From contig NC_133621.1 in NCBI RefSeq assembly GCF_048593235.1, positions 27,777,254-27,841,253 of the forward strand: a stretch of 64,000 bases of DNA. The letters are read 5' to 3'. How positions within the stretch are numbered: position 1 is the stretch's first letter; each line of letters opens with the position of its first letter. The notes below the pieces were generated by a model. That model had not been told where the DNA came from. It saw nothing but the letters and a program-made list of their open reading frames with translations, and searched no databases. This stretch comes from Sminthopsis crassicaudata (lineage: Eukaryota). Shown here one piece after another: positions 61,789 through 64,000 of the stretch. The position numbers and the translations under genes were made by a program.

Positions 61789-62553
61789 TTTTTTTTTTTT
61801 TTTTTATTTTATATATATATATATATATTTTATAATATTATCCCTTGTATTCATTTTTCCAAATTACCCCCCCTCCCTTATTCCCTCCCCCCGACGACAG
61901 GCAATACCATACATTTTACATGTGTTACAATATAGTCTAAGTACAATACATGTGTGTGAATATCATTTTCTTGTTGCACAATAAACATTAGAATCCGAAG
62001 GTACATGCAACCTGGGCAGACAGATATTAGTGCTAACAATTTTCATTCCCCTCCCAGTGTTTCTTCTCTGGGTGTAGTTGTTTCTGTCCATCATTGATCA
62101 ACTGGAAGTGAGTTGGATCTTCTTTATGTTGAAGATTTCCACTTCCATCAGAATACATCCTCATACAGTATTGTTGTTGAAGTATACAGTGATCTTCTGG
62201 TTCTGCTCATTTCACTCAGCATCAGTTGATTTAAGTCTCTCCAACCCTCTCTGTATTCCTCTTGCTGGTCATTTCTTACTGAGCAATAATATTCCATAAC
62301 TTTCATATACCACAATTTACCCAACCATTCTCCAACTGATGGACATCCATTCATCTTCCAGTTTCTAGCTACAACAAAAAGAGCTGCCACAAACATTTTG
62401 GCACATATATGTCTCTTTCCGCTCTTTAGTATTTCTTTGGAATATAATCCCAGTAGTAGCGCTGCTGGGTCAAAGGGTATGCACAGTTTGATAACTTTTT
62501 GGGCATAATTCCAGATTGCTCTCCAGAATGGCTGGATTCTTTCACAACTCCAC
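61789..62553 (-). mobile_element. Young 5'-truncated LINE-1 with 15-bp target-site duplication
   Basis: Poly-T/(AT)n tail from 61789. ORF 62148-62396 MFVAALFVVARNWKMNGCPSVGEWLGKLWY... is the ORF2 end. TSD ccagagcaaatttct at 61774-61788 and 62554-62568. The target reads TTTCT/AA, an L1 endonuclease-type site. Confidence 0.97.
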
Positions 62554-64000
62554 CCAGAGCAAATTTCTAAAACCTAAGTCATCCTTTCAGACTCAAGGAA
62601 AAAAAACAACTCTGAATTCCAGGAAAACAAATGCTTGAAAATCTAAAAATTAAATAAATAATTAAAAGGTAGTTCCTCCAATCCCTAATGAAAAAGTTCC
62701 CATTCCATCTCTCTTCTTTGATCCTGGAAGTCCTAATAATTGGTTTAAATTTGGGTTTTTTACTGGGACATTTTCTGTAAAATGGGGATAACAATAGGCC
62801 CTAACTCAGAGGGTTGTTGTGAAGAACAGATAAAACAGCATAGGTAGAACACTTCAAAGTCCTGTGGCTCCCCCTAGGTGACTCAAATTGGGACAGATGC
62901 CACGTGGACTCTCAACTTCAAAATGATGACCACAGTAATATCACAAAAGCAACTCCGAGAATTCTACTTGCTGCCTGAACTGCAGGATAAAATTAAGCCA
63001 CGGGCTAAACTTGGCCTTTGAGTCAGAGGTTTTCAACCCCTGAGATAAATAATGTTCCAGATCCCACTGTACACAAAGATAGGAGATCAGAAAATGGTGA
63101 AACAGTTTGGATGACAATTCCTTCATGTTAAGCAACTCCAATTCAAATCTTGTCACTGCCGCCGCTCCCAAGGTAGCCCTATACAGATCACCTTTCTTCT
63201 CTGGAGAATAAAGCTGTGCATTTGTACAACTGATCTAAGGCCTTCATTGGAGGACCTAGAATCCTATGAATCATCCCAACTAAGATGCTGGAGAGTTCCA
63301 TGGAATCTCAGCAAGCACTGAAAACTAAATTTAAACAGAGATCGAAGAAATATCTGCTTGAAACAGAAAAGAGACTCATTGTAAACTTTCTAAGTTCCCT
63401 CTTTTCTCCCCTCTCCTTCTCTCTGTCACACCCTCACCTTTCCCATTAGAATCAATGATTTATCTTTTTGTTACTTTTTTTCCTTTCCTATATTCTCTCC
63501 CTTAATTGGCCATAATAGAGAGTCAAAGTGTTTTTATTATTTGCCATGTTATTGAATAAGATGCAACAGACACAACAATAATATAAACCAAATCTTTTTT
63601 GCTTGACAATGATACATAATATAGAGCTGAAGGATGTTTATTATTTGCAACATTGACTGAATTGAGCGGCCTATGTTGCAGTAGATAGAGAGCTACCTCC
63701 CAGGCAGGATGATGTGCATTGATAGATATTGTACCTCTGACATACCTTCTCAATGGCTCCAGGTACCACCTTCTGATGGTAAGTTCAACTTTTTTGTTTT
63801 AGTTTTTAGGGGTTTTGTTGGTCCTACTCTGTGACTTCCTTGATGCTGGGAGTTCCCTCAGAGGAAATGATTCCCTCTCCTTAGGCTCTGCACCAGAGAG
63901 CCTTGGAGGAGGTGCCCTGGGTCCTGAGAGGTGATTGGTGACAGGGCAGATTGGTGACATACAAACTGACACAATTTAGAAACAGAGCAGGTTTTTATAA

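Larger units (their letters stand above)
59139..64000 (-). other. UBE2E2: Inferred intron 2 of UBE2E2 (continues beyond the window end)
   Basis: AG acceptor at 59139-59140 with a T-rich tract. No exon ending ...STSAK(R) was found up to 64000. Confidence 0.7.

Noticed and set aside
1-64000. tRNA, rRNA, snRNA, snoRNA, miRNA genes and CRISPR arrays
   Set aside because: None was recognisable by eye. The tRNA-like heads belong to SINEs, and CRISPR is not applicable to this eukaryotic DNA. Infernal/Rfam would be needed to exclude small RNAs.

Overview
Mammalian genomic DNA from a marsupial, most likely a dasyurid. This rests on WSINE1, MAR1-type CORE-SINEs, WALLSI-like SINEs, a dasyurid-type LTR and marsupial L1 3' ends, all recognised from memory. 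The only coding sequence I can support is one 51-nt minus-strand exon (59088-59138) encoding (R)IQKELAEITLDPPPNC(S). This is the conserved short third exon of a class III ubiquitin-conjugating enzyme, best matching UBE2E2. I found neither the preceding exon nor the following AGPKGDNIYEW exon, so the rest of the window is probably intron (>59 kb downstream, >4.8 kb upstream). The intron holds many decayed L1, L2, L3/CR1, MIR/MIR3/MAR1, hAT and Tigger fragments and microsatellites, with several repeat-free, motif- or CpG-rich stretches that look like enhancers. I cannot demonstrate a new biological system. The best leads are a MER82-like Tigger element in a marsupial, a 36-nt frame-preserving candidate micro-exon, a TSD-flanked SINE ending in poly-G, a textbook antisense exon beside an NRF2/MAF site, and a perfect SOXE dimer site. 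Repeat family names come from remembered consensus sequences, and old-repeat boundaries are approximate (tens of bp).
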